Shown: in pieces, positions 48,187 to 59,502 of the stretch
How positions within the stretch are numbered: the stretch's first letter is position 1
How the letters are laid out: each line of letters opens with the position of its first letter
Assembly: GCF_000372725.1 (NCBI RefSeq)
Contig: NW_005202428.1
Location: 2,017,119-2,081,118, forward strand
Direction: 5' to 3'
From: Emiliania huxleyi CCMP1516
Lineage: Eukaryota
Length of the DNA: 64,000 nucleotides
Program-made: the position numbers and the translations under genes
The notes under the pieces: model-generated
Seen by the model: only the letters and a program-made list of their open reading frames with translations
What the model was told of the DNA's origin: nothing
Databases searched by the model: none

Positions 48187-51100
48187 ATGTACGTGAGCGC
48201 GGAGCCTGAGTGGACACCCAGTGTTTCCCTCTCTCCCTGTGGAGTAATCTGTGAAAGTGGCGGGAGAGGCGCCATCCCAGCAATTCTGTGTGCGGCCGAA
48301 GAAAAAAATCTCCGGGCTCTGTCCGCGCTGACTCGGGGCCGTCGCGAGGTCCGCATGGAAGTGCCTACACGCGGCATGGGCGGCCCGGCACGGCCGGCAC
48401 ATCCGGCGCGTCCAGCGCACGGCTCCGCGCCTCTTGCCGCCGCCGCCGAGGACGACGCGGCGACAAGCTCCAAGGGAAGCAGCAGCCCCAACGACGCCCT
48501 CCGCCCGACCGCCGTGCCACCCTCGTGGGACGACTCGGCGGTGGCGGGAAGCACGGCGGCGGCGGGCAGTGCGAGCGCGCGGCGGACACCGTCCTCGACG
48601 CCTCAACTTCAGTGGCCGCGCGAAGGCGCCGTCGGCTATGAGGGCGAGGGCGTGACGCGCGGCGGCGCGAGCGACGGCCCGCCACGGCTGCTCGGCGGCC
48701 AGGCGGCGGGAGAGGCACTCGACGGCGGGCTCTGCTCCGAGCCGCGGCGCGACCTTCTCGAGCAGCGCCCGCCGCCGGGAGAGGGAATGGCTGACTCCGA
48801 GACGCGGCGCACAGCCATCTGCGCTGAGCTGCGGCGCGTGATGGCGGAGAGCGAGAATGCGACGCTGACCAAGGGAGAGGGCGCCGTCACATACCGCCTC
48901 CCCTTCACGGGCAGCTCGGAGCGGCTGAACCAGCTGCTCGTCAACCTCATGCTCTCGTTTACGACCTGCAGTCCCGCCGCCTTTGAGCCGTACATCAAGT
49001 CGCCCCTGGGCTCGGAGGCCCGCGCCGCGGCCGTGCGCGTGGGGGCCCTCGTGCAGGGCGCGGCCTTTCTCGGCGCGCGGCCCTCCGCCCCGCCCGACGC
49101 CCGCGCCATGGATCCGTTTTGCTCTCTGACGGCGCGAGCGGCGCGCGCGCGCGTGTCGCAGGAGGGGCCGACGGCTCGAGCGGAGGGGCGGGCGAGAGGG
49201 ACCGACCGATGCGGAGCTCTGGCGCGTACAACGTGATCCGGATGCTAGCCTTCCAGAACCCGGCCTTCTTTCGCCTGGGTGCGGGGAGCGGCGCCGTCTG
49301 CTCGTCGGAGTCGAAGCTCTGGCTCACGTTCGAGTACGGATGGGAGGCGGGCTGGCCAAAGGAGCGGAAGCGCCTCTCACCAAACGCGGCCGACAAGAAG
49401 AGCCTGCTCGTGTGCCTGCAGCGCATCCTGAGCAACGCCGACTCGCTCGCCGGCGCCACATCGGACTCGCCGCTCGCCCTCCTCCAGACGCGCCGGCTGA
49501 TGCCCGCCGGTGTGCGCCCCCGAACGCGCCGTGGGGCCGCGCGCGTGTCTGAGCGCATCATGTGCTCCCTCGCCTCTCTTGGCACAGGCGCCGTCGGGCC
49601 CGCAACCACGCCCGACGACCTGGCTCGCGCGACGTGCGCGTCCGAGCTTGCGCCCCTGCTGTGCCGCGTCCCGCCGGGGACGCAGTTCGCGACGCGTGGC
49701 GCGGTCAGGGCGGCGCTCGCACGCATTGCCAGGCCGGGGCTCGCGCAGCTGCGGCCGCTGCTGGAGGTGCCGCTCTACTTCAGCGAGCTCGCGCTCGAGG
49801 CGTGCGTCTTGCCGAGGCTGCTCAGCGAGGTGGAGGGGCTGACGAGCGGCGAGTGCGGCGAGGCCCTGGCCCACATCGCGGTCGGCGGCGGGGTCTGGAC
49901 CGTAGACATCCCGACACTTTAGAGAGAGACGCACACGCACCCCCCCACACACACGCCCACGCCCACGCCCACTCGCCCCGGGCCGCACCCTCCCCGTCCT
50001 TCCAACCCGCACCCCACCGCGCCCACGCGCAGACGGGCGACGGCTCGCCTGGCGAGGCCACCGCCCCGCCGCAGCCCGAGGCCGCACGGCCCCTCGTCGC
50101 CGCCATCCTCGACCTGGCGGGCGCGTGCCGCAGCGCCGTCACGGCGATCGCCGACACGCGCAGGAACGCCGCGGCGGTCACGTGCGGCACGGCGGTGGGG
50201 CTCTGCCGCGTCGCGCTGCTGCGCCGCGCGCGAGCCGGCCTGTCTGGTGCGTCGGCGGGGGCGGAGGAGGAGGGGGAGGCGGAGGAGGAGGAGGGGGAGG
50301 AGGAGGAGGGGGAGGAGGGGGAGGGGGAGGGGGGGCCGTGCAAGCGGCAGGCGCTGTCCTTCCAGCCGAGCCCGGCGGAGTCGTCGGAGCACGTCGCTCG
50401 GCTCGACGCAGCACCGTCGCATCCGGCCCGGGCGCCGTCGCCCGGCGGGGAGGGGCGGGGAGGCGCGGCCGAGGAGCAGGAGCAGGGGCGGGCGGGCGGG
50501 GCGGGGTCGGGCGAGGGGCAGCTGGACTTCTCCGACTTCGCCTTCCAGCCGAGGCAGGCGGCGTCGCCACAGCACGTCGCTCGGCTCGTCGCAGCGCCGC
50601 CGACACCGGCCCGGGCGCCGTCGCCCGGCGGAGAGGGGCGGGGAGGCGCGGCCGAGGAGCAGGAGCAGAGGCGGGCGGGCGGGGCGGGGTCGGGCGAGGG
50701 GCAGCTGGACTTCTCCGACTTCACCTTCCAGCCGAGGCAGGCGGCGTCGCCAGAGCACGTCGCTCGGCTCGTCGCAGCGCCGCCGACACTGGCCCGGGCG
50801 CCGCCGCCCGGCGGGGAGGGGCGGCGAGGCGAGGCCGAGGAGCCAGAGCAGCGGCGGGCGGGCGGGGCGGGGTCGGGCGAGGGGCAGCAGCCGCGCGCGC
50901 GGCTGGACTTCTCCGACTTCACCTTCCAGCCGAGGCAGGCGGCGTCGCCACAGCACGTCGCTCGGCTCGTCGCAGCGCCGCCGACACCGGCCCGGGCGCC
51001 GTCGCCCGGCGGAGAGGGGCGGCGAGGCGAGGCCGAGGAGCCAGAGCAGCGGCGGGCGGGCGGGGCGGGGTCGGGCGAGGGGCAGCAGCAGCGCAAGCGG

Positions 51101-54100
51101 AACGTGATCGCCGAGTTTGCGTACCAGTCGAGCCAGGCGCCGCCGCGGGGGGCCGTCCCTCGGCTAGGCGCGGTGCCGCCGGGCCGGGTGCAGGCGTCGG
51201 GCGGGGAGGGGCGGCGGCCGGCAGTAGAGGCGGAGGGGAGGCCGGCTGGCACGCCGGGCGTCGAGGATATTCCCGGCGCGTTTGGCGGCGCCTCGACGCC
51301 CTCGCCGCTCCTCGGCGAAGAGCCCACACCTGCGGGCGGAGGGGCGCGCACGTTCGGGCGCTGGGGCGTCCGGGAGCACGGCCCGGTGCGCCCGCGGGCG
51401 ACGGCGGTGCCGGGCGGGGCGGAGGGGCGGCCGGCTGGCGCGGCGGTGCGGGGCGGGCGTGGCCGCGGGCGGGACCGTGCGGCGGGCGGCGGTGGGCGGG
51501 GGCGCGACGGGGGCGGGGGCGGTCTGAAGCGGAAGGGGCCGCGCCGGCGGCGGAGCCCGCTCGTGGCAGGCGAGGCGGCGCCAGCACACAGACAGAGACG
51601 CTCTCTCGGAAGCACACAGATGTCTCAAACACCGCCACTCCTCCCGTTCCCCCACCCCGCCCGACTGCTCGCACGGGGCACCGCCCGATACACCGACGGG
51701 GCCGATCCGCCCGCCCCGCGCAGGCGTCGACGTCGACGCCCCCCTCACGCCCGAGCGGGCCGGCTGGTGGGCCTGCGCCATCGCGGCCGCCGAGGCCGTG
51801 CTTGCCGCGGATGAGGAGCGCTTGCGCATCGCCGAGGCTGTCGAGGAGCGGGCGGCGTCAGCGAGCGCGAGGGCGGCGGAGGGGCTCGCGGTTGCGGACG
51901 CGAAAGCGAGGCGGGACGCGGCGAAGAACGAGCGCGACTTTTTTGAGCAGATGCTCCGGCTGTGCGGCGGGAGGCGGGAGGCGGGCGGCGCCGAGGCGAT
52001 GGAGGTGGACGACGCGCTGGCCCAGCTCGCGGCGAGCGGGGAGGGGGCGGAGGGCGCGGGCGGCGAGGCGGGAGGAGGAGGAGGAGGCGAGCCTGGCGGC
52101 GGGCGGCGGCGGGAGGCGAGCGTGGTGGGATGAGCGTGACAGGATTGCGTCATCTAGGTGGGAGCGTGACGCGATTGCGGCGGTGATAACGTGACACGTC
52201 TCTGACTGCGGCGGCGTCGATCTAGGTGGCGGGCCGAGGCGAGGAGACGAGAGGGCGCGGCAGTGCGAGAGCTAGATGGGAGTGTCACTGTAGGCGTCAC
52301 CGAGGAGACGCTCGCGAGGCGCGCCCTCGAGGCGCCCACGCCAGCCGGCCAGCTGGCGGCGCTCGCGACGCCCGACGTGCGGCGGCATGCGCCTCTCGAC
52401 CACCGTCGGGTCCTTGAATCTGCTCGTGGCGCGCTCATCGCCGCCTCGGCGGGGGCGATGTGCGACGCGGCGGTGGCGCTGCTCCTGCTGAGAGGCGGTG
52501 CGGCGGAGGATGCCGCCGTCGCTGCGGGGATGCGGCGTGAGGCCGCCGCCGGGCTGGCGGCCCTCCTCGCGCTCGATGTCGACGCGCTCGGCGACGGCGG
52601 TGACCTGCGCGGGCGCGTCGAGGGCGAGCTCGAGCGGCGCGATGGTGTGTGGAGGCGGGCGTGCGAGCTGCACCTGCGAGAGCCGCTCAGGGTGGCGCGC
52701 AGCCTGAGCAAGCGAGAGGCTCGCGATTTGCTAGCGGCGGGGCTCGACGCCGCGGCGGCTGGGGCTGTCTCGGACGCTGCAGCTGCGGTGGCAGCCTCTA
52801 TGCGCGCGCTCGACCCCGGCACACGCATCTCGCGCGCCCTCCGTGAGGCGCTCTGGGATGCAGTTCGAGTAGCAGGGCCGCCGCCCCCCGCGGCAGCCGA
52901 GGGCTGGTCCGACGTCGATGTCGAGGACAGCGTGCGCGCGGCCGTCAATCAGCCCGCGGCCGCGCTGCACGCGGCCGTGCTCGAGCAGCTCGCGCCGCAC
53001 GGGCCGCCGGGGAAGGGCCTCAGCCTGTTGCACGAGAACCTTCTCCGCCTCGGCGCGATGGAGGCGAGTCAGACGGCCATCGAGCGCTGGAAGGAGTACG
53101 GAGGGATCGAGCGGGTGTTCGCGACCAGCGATTACCTGCGGCGCTTCCAGGGCAACGCCGGGGGGAATGAGGCGCTGCGCCTCTTCTGTTACGGAGGGGA
53201 GGAGTGGGCGACGGTGCTGCGCCGCGCCGGCGTGTGCGTCGGCAGCCGCGACTCCCTCGACTTGTCGCCCGCCGAAGCCTTCGAGCATGTACAGCTCGCG
53301 CTCCTTTTCTCCCACGGCAACCATGCCGCCGTCGGATGGGCCGAGAGGACGTTCCACGACGAGCAGCGCCACCTCATGCGCGGGACGGGTCTCGGGCGTG
53401 GGGCGATGGGCGCCGGGTTCTCGCGCACCGGCAACTACTCGCATGGCCGCCTCACCCGCGAGCTGCGGGGCTGCTGCTCCGCCGCGCACGCGCTGGTGCT
53501 GGCCCGCGCGCGGGGCGCGCCGCTGCCGTCCGTCGAAGAGGCCGAGGCCCGCCTCTCCGCGGAGAGCACTGCCGACGACGCCGCCCGCTGGATGGCGGCC
53601 GGCGGCGCCTCGCTGCTGTGCTCCGAGGAGGGAGTTAGGATGTTGCGCAGCTCGCTCCTCGACTCCCTTCCCCCCGTCGTCGATGAGCCGCCTGCGAGGC
53701 GGTGGCTCTGCGACGTGATGGAGCCGAGATTGCGCTACAAGTCCGACTACTACAACGCGCTGATCTCGGTGTCCAACGCCTCGCGCAGCGCGCAGCCGAC
53801 GGGCGTTGTCGGCGCCGCCCGCATCTCCTTCTCCTCTCTCACGGCACTCGGCTACCACGTCGCGCCTCAGTGCGTCGCGTCGCACTACGCCGCGCGCGTC
53901 GCCATCCTCTCGCCGGGCCGCACGGGCACAATCTCCGTGCTCTCTGCGCTCTATGGGCGAGATGAGTGGGTCGTCGCGCCATTCGACGCGCCGGAGCGGA
54001 TGCACGGGTCGGAAGTGCCCGCGGACTGGTCCGCCGTCGTGTTGCTCACGCCGCCGCTGCAGCGCGCTCGCAGCGCCCTGACCAAATTGTGGTCGGTGAG

Positions 54101-54494
54101 GGCGAAGCTGAGTTGGGCGTGGATGGTCGAGGCGCTCGGCGGCGCGGCCTCCTTTGTCTCGCCTGCTGCACTGCTCGACGCGCTGGTGCGACACAAGGCT
54201 GAGGCAGGCACGTGGGCGTTGCTGCGGCCGCAGCAGCATTACCTGGACGCGGCGCGCCGGCACGCGCGGCGCGTGCGCACCGTGGTGCTGCGCCGCGAGC
54301 ACGGCGCCGACTTTGGCGGCGACCTCCAGCAGGCGCTCCTCCAGCTTGGCGTCGAGGGGCTCGAGCATGGCACCTTTGCCCGGAAGCACGCGAGTGAGCA
54401 GAGCGCAAAGAGCGATGTGAGCGATGTCCGTGACGCTGACTTCGATCAGTTCCTGGCGGTGTACTGGCCTGAAGACGAATGCTTGTGTATGTGA
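48187..54494 (+). CDS. Large hypothetical protein with internal 61-aa repeats and a C-terminal Sulfotransfer_2-like domain (may be more than one gene)
   Basis: Consecutive long co-oriented ORFs separated by intron-like gaps. The C-terminus AILSPGRTGTISV..VLLTPPLQRARSAL..LRPQQHYL..VYWPED resembles the PKTGxTS / RxPxxRxxS / RPQ / YxxD motifs of Golgi carbohydrate sulfotransferases. Confidence 0.6.
50358..51090 (+). repeat. Coding tandem repeat, 4 units with periods of 183, 183 and 198 bp
   Basis: CCTTCCAGCCGAG recurs at 50358, 50541, 50724 and 50922; all periods are multiples of 3. Confidence 0.95.
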
Positions 54495-55425
54495 TTTGAG
54501 TGTGAGTAGGGAGGCATGTGTACAGGCAAAAGTGTGTCTCCTTGGTGCACAAAGGATAGCCAAGCCCCAAGCGGCCCGGTGAGAGAGTTAGAGCGGAGTG
54601 AGTCCTGCAACAGGGCGTGTGGAAGAGGAGTCGACAGTGCAAGGTCGTGAGCCGACAATACGAGGGCGTGAGACGCGCATCATGCAGTTATTGAGCTTCA
54701 ACAGCCACTGAGAGGTCCCCTTGACACACGCCGAGCGACTCGCCCAAGACTCTCGCAGCCGTCGAGCACTGGCGTGTAAGCCACGGCCAGTGCTCAACGT
54801 GGACCTACCAGCGAGGAGTGGTGCGATAGTGATAGGCGCTGGGATCTCAGCAGCAGGTGGTGGAGATTGGCGGCCAGGCGCGATCGCCGATGGTTGCGTC
54901 TCGTGCACGGAGGCGAGGTGAGGCGAGCGGAGAAGCGAGTGGAGGCGAGCGGAGAAGCGAGTGGAGGCGAGCGGAGAGGCGATGGAGGCGAGCGGAGATC
55001 GAGGGCTGAAGTAGCGGTTGCGAACAACGGGCTGTGAGCACCCGAGGGAGGTTGCGCCTGCGCTTGGTCCCGTGTCCCAGAGAACGCGTCCGACAGACCT
55101 TTCGAGGAAAAGGCTGAAAGAAAAGAAAAGCCAGGCCAAGGACTCCTTTTTAGAGGACGCGCGCCGCATCCGACACATGCTAATATAGTACCACATGCAT
55201 CCAAGTCGCAACAGAAGAGGGCGACACACTAACAGTACAGTGGCTAGCAGGCAGTGGGTGAGGAGGCGGCGCTCCCACTGCCCGCTATGTAGCGCCCGCG
55301 ACGCCCGCCTGCATTCCCACGAACCCTGCTCGCAGACTGTACGGGTGGACACGCAATGTCCACCGACCAAGGATGGCCCCGCGCACGCGCACCGGCACCG
55401 ATCCCCCCCCCCCCCCCCCACGCCA

Positions 55426-56712
55426 TCAAAGAGCCATAACCTGGCTCTTTGTCAACGGCGTCAGACCCAAGCGCAACGCCACAAAGCGCCGGTCGATGTC
55501 GGTGGCCGGCGCCGCGTGGCCCAGCAGGCTCGGGTCCCACCGCCGGCAGACGCCGGCGGCGTACTTGTCCTTGCCGCCGACGGGCCGGCCGACGGCGGCC
55601 TCAATCGCGCGCCAAAAGCCGACCTGGTTGGACGTCTTGCTGACGTCCCGCGAGATGGAGAGGACGTACTCGAGCGGCTGTGCAACACGGACCGAGACCG
55701 CCTCGATCATTTGCACGGCGCAGCGCACCTTGGCGTTGTTCGGGTTGTGGTTCGCCTGCATTTGGGCCAGTGGAATTACAGAGAGGGGGCGGGGGTGGAG
55801 AGGCGGGGGGCGAGAGGCTGATGGCCTGCACGCGCTGGCCAATGACGACGAGGCGGTAGCCCTCGCTCGCAAGCGCGGCCAACTTTTGGTAGTACCACTC
55901 CTCGAGCGGGGCATCTGAGCAGGAAGAGGAGGGACTCGGTGGGCTACAGAGGCGAGGGCGAGAGTAGTGGGCGGGCGACGCTCACACTCTTGGTTGGCCG
56001 CCACCGCCGTGTTGAGCCAGTTGCGGGTGAAGGCCCCGGGCGCGCTAGCGACGTGCCGCCTCACCAGAGAGTTGTCGAGGGAGATGAAGAGGATCGGAGC
56101 AATCGAAGCATCGTGGGAGCAGATGTACTCGGGGCTGCACAGCAGTCCCCCCTCGAGCACGCGCTCAAGCTGCGTGCGCGGCTCCTCATCGACGACCACC
56201 GCCGGCGCCGGCGCCGGCGCCGGCGCCACCGCCTCCGGCGCCACCGCCACAATCGTTGAAGCAGCCGCCGCACTGCCACAATCGTTGGCTAGCTCGAGGC
56301 GGAGCGACCAGCCGCACCAGCCATCGACCAGCTCGGCCTCGATGCAATCGCGCGCCGCGCGGGCGTGCACGACGCTGACGAAGATCAGAGGCGCGTCGTC
56401 CGCCTCGCCATCCAGCTGGTGCGGCGCGTTGCCCGCGCATGGCTCGACGAGGGTCCGCTGGTTCTGCTCGAGCCTCGATCCGTTGAGCCAGGTTGTGTTT
56501 ACCGCCGAGAGATGCGTCGCGTAGACCCTGCCGTCCTCTCGCTCGAGCCGGATGTGCTGCCTCGAGAGATGCGGGTTGCACGGCGCTCGCACGTCGCCCT
56601 CTCGGCCGACAATGACGACGCGCCCGTGGAGAGGGGCCGGGCCCTCGCACTGCTGCGGGTTGTGGGGCACGAGGGTCCCCCACCGCGGCTCCTCGCGCTC
56701 TCGCTTGGCCAT
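55426..56712 (-). CDS. FHA domain plus degenerate PNKP-type HAD 3'-phosphatase domain, no kinase domain
   Basis: FHA: WGTL..VGR..HLSRQH..LSAVNTTWLNG. PNKP-like: ILFISLDNSLV, QKLAALASEGYRLVVIGQ, IEAV..PLEYVL, GFWRAI, DIDRRFVALRLGLTPLT. Two short introns inferred. Confidence 0.75.
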   Translation of the reverse strand: MAKREREEPRWGTLVPHNPQQCEGPAPLHGRVVIVGREGDVRAPCNPHLSRQHIRLEREDGRVYATHLSAVNTTWLNGSRLEQNQRTLVEPCAGNAPHQLDGEADDAPLIFVSVVHARAARDCIEAELVDGWCGWSLRLELANDCGSAAAASTIVAVAPEAVAPAPAPAPAVVVDEEPRTQLERVLEGGLLCSPEYICSHDASIAPILFISLDNSLVRRHVASAPGAFTRNWLNTAVAANQECERRPPTTLALASVAHRVPPLPAQMPRSRSGTTKSWPRLRARATASSSLASACRPSASRPPPLHPRPLSVIPLAQMQANHNPNNAKVRCAVQMIEAVSVRVAQPLEYVLSISRDVSKTSNQVGFWRAIEAAVGRPVGGKDKYAAGVCRRWDPSLLGHAAPATDIDRRFVALRLGLTPLTKSQVMAL

Positions 56713-59280
56713 CGGCTGGAGCGGTTCTCGGCTGGAGCGATTGAGGCTGACACTGGAGCGGTTGAGGCTGACAGAGCCCAGAGAGCGGAGTGGCTGCTTG
56801 GCGCCCGATGCACAGAAATTTTCTTTTTCGGTGTTGTACCTGTGAGTGTGCCAGTGCGCGCCAGTCCCGTGCCCAGTGTCGTGCGAGGGAGTCTGTTGTA
56901 AAATTCTTTTCGGTTCTCGTTGCGATATCGTTCCCCGGTGGGTAGCGAGGATTGGTGTTACGCGATACACAGCCAGCCAGCTTCAACGTCTACCAACCAG
57001 ACGTCGTCCTCTCCCACACCCTGAGGCGAAGAAGAATCCCCGCTCGGCGCATTCACTGTGCTCCCGTTCCTGGCGGGGAAGGGCGAGGGTTTCCTATTAA
57101 CTTCTATTTTTTCTGAGCGACCACGAGTTTGCAGGATGGCGGCCGGTTCAAGCGAGCCGCCCCGGTTTCTACGCCCATTTGCATGCGCAATAGCCAATTG
57201 AAGCTGCGGCAATTGGGCCGACCGTGCTCTTGGGGCCGCATTCTCGACTGGTTATAAGAGCATAACCCTCTGGTGCTCACGGCCGAGCTGCTTCGCCTTC
57301 GGAATCCGAGTTAGTGGCGGACACGGGTTGAGGCGCCTCTGGTGCGGGTGCAGTGCGGATGCAGTTCTCTTCACCTGCCAAGGTACACGCCGATGGCTGG
57401 TGACTCAAATTTGCCGCATTGCACAATCGGCTCTGATTGAGGGGGGCGACAGAAAACAGCTCGTGAGGCCGAGGGTGCAGGAAGCGAGTGGCTACACTAC
57501 TACATGCTATCCTCTTCCGCACGCACCGCAGAAGGGATGACTTCCCGGCAGTCTTAGGATGGGGCAGGCGCATCAGACCACTTCGGTGGGATGCAACTGA
57601 GGGCGGCGGGTTGTCCCCCTTCCCCCTGCGCTTGATCACTGTTGGATGCACAGGCCCAGTGCTGCCGAACTCATGAGAGGTTGACGAGAGTTCAACTCAG
57701 CCACACTTTCATAGCTCGGAACCTCAGGTGGGCTCACAGCCTCGCGGTGGCACCACCCAGCACACTCAGTCTCAATCGGTCCAACGCTCTTGCTCTACGG
57801 TGACGGAGTCACAGTCAGGACGGAGCGGTGTGGCAGAGGGCCGGCGCACGTTGGGGGTCGAAAAGGTGGGGAGGGGTGCTGCCCGGGGCCTCTGTCTGGC
57901 ACGTGTCCGGCGGAGGGTTCGACAATATACACATATACTAAACGAGGAAGATAAACCACGTCGACCTCGAGACACGTTCAACCTCACTGGAGGAGGCGCG
58001 AGCCGCGCGACGGACTCAGACCCCGAGTACTGGCCCCAATACTCCGCGTCGGCTAGGGGCGGCTGCCCGCACCCAGCTCAGCGCCCCGAGCACGCTCTCG
58101 CCGGTGTGGGTGCTGTCAACTGAGCCATCGTTGAGAGGCGGCTCTGCGTCGGGATCCGGCTCCGCGGGCGCGGCAGCCTCAAAGTCGCCATTAGAGCCGC
58201 CTCGATGTGAGCTTGCCACCTTGATGAGCGCGAGGCAATCCGATCAATGTCGATCCAGCTGCCAGTTTGGTTGAGAGCCGGGTCGATTTGGCGGGCGACA
58301 GCAGCACTGCTCTGGCCACATCCCTCCCAGGCGTGCTATCGCAACGGCAATGGTACACAGTAGGCTTCGGCCGGTGGCCGCTACTGGACCGAGCTGAGAT
58401 GACGGATGGCCGAGCAAGCGCGTGGCAGCTCCTCTCGCTCTAGACCCCTGTTCTTGCGGTATGTCTTTAGGACAGGGACGAGCTTGTCTGCTGCTGCCTC
58501 GACCCGATCCGCAGCCGGCTCTGGCTGCTTCCTTTTTGACACACGTTTGCCGCACTTGAATGCCAGCGTGAAGGTGGTGACTTCTTCGACAACGTCCAGC
58601 ACACGGGACGCCCTTCACTGACGCACGCGGCAAAACGGGGCCGCCCACAACGCTTCTTTTCGGCCGTCCAGCGACGGATTTTCGTTCCGTGTGTTAGCAG
58701 GTATCTATGTGCTTATCACAGTAGCCCCGGGACGGGGGGGGGGGCGGGTCTCACCCGGGACTCACCCCGAGACCTGGACGTGGCGACCCCCGCACCATCT
58801 GGGACGTCGAAGCCGCATCGCCCGCGGCGCTGTCCAAGCACGGGACGGCGCTCACTGCGAGGATGCTCCTCTCGGCCGTACAGGGAGCCGAGGCCGTGCT
58901 CGCCTAGCACGCACACGCACATACCTCCATGACGCACACGTCCATGCCACGGTTACTCCTTTCTCGAATGTGAAGGTTCAATTAAAAGGGCGTCCCGTAA
59001 AAACACCTAAACCTCAACTTTTTTCTCGTGCGACTGCGAGGTGCGAGAGCGAGCCGAAGTGTGCGAGGAAAGCGGCGAGTTCAAGTGCCGCCCCGGGCTC
59101 CGCGCTTCCACGCCCATTTGCATGCGCATAATTAGAGCTGAGTGACTGTGTGCCCTTGGGGCCGCGAGTGAAGCTACTGTGCCCTTGACGACTGTGCTCA
59201 GACTGACTATGTATGTAAAAAGGAGAGTACGCGCTAAACTCCTACTGTACGCTACATCGACACTGCGAGAGAACACACTC

Positions 59281-59337
59281 CCGAGCCGTCGCCATCGGCG
59301 CCACCGCCTCCCACGCGTTCAAGGCCGGGTCATACCC
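59281..59337 (-). pseudogene. Isolated Kelch-repeat exon fragment
   Basis: YDPALNAWEAVAPMATAR after a TGCAG acceptor, downstream of a (GT)n(GA)n microsatellite. Confidence 0.65.
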
Positions 59338-59354
59338 TGCACTCACACTCACAC

Positions 59355-59431
<77 letters not shown>

Positions 59432-59502
59432 ACACACAAGCACACACACAAGCACCTCTAGTGCAGTTGAGCCCGGCCAGCCGGTCAGAGCCCCCCGACA
59501 CC

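Noticed and set aside
49822..54563. Long antisense and alternative-frame ORFs (for example 49822-51615, 50125-52194, 52731-54563)
   Set aside because: Shadow ORFs expected from very high GC and codon bias; Arg/Pro/Ala-rich translations with no motifs.
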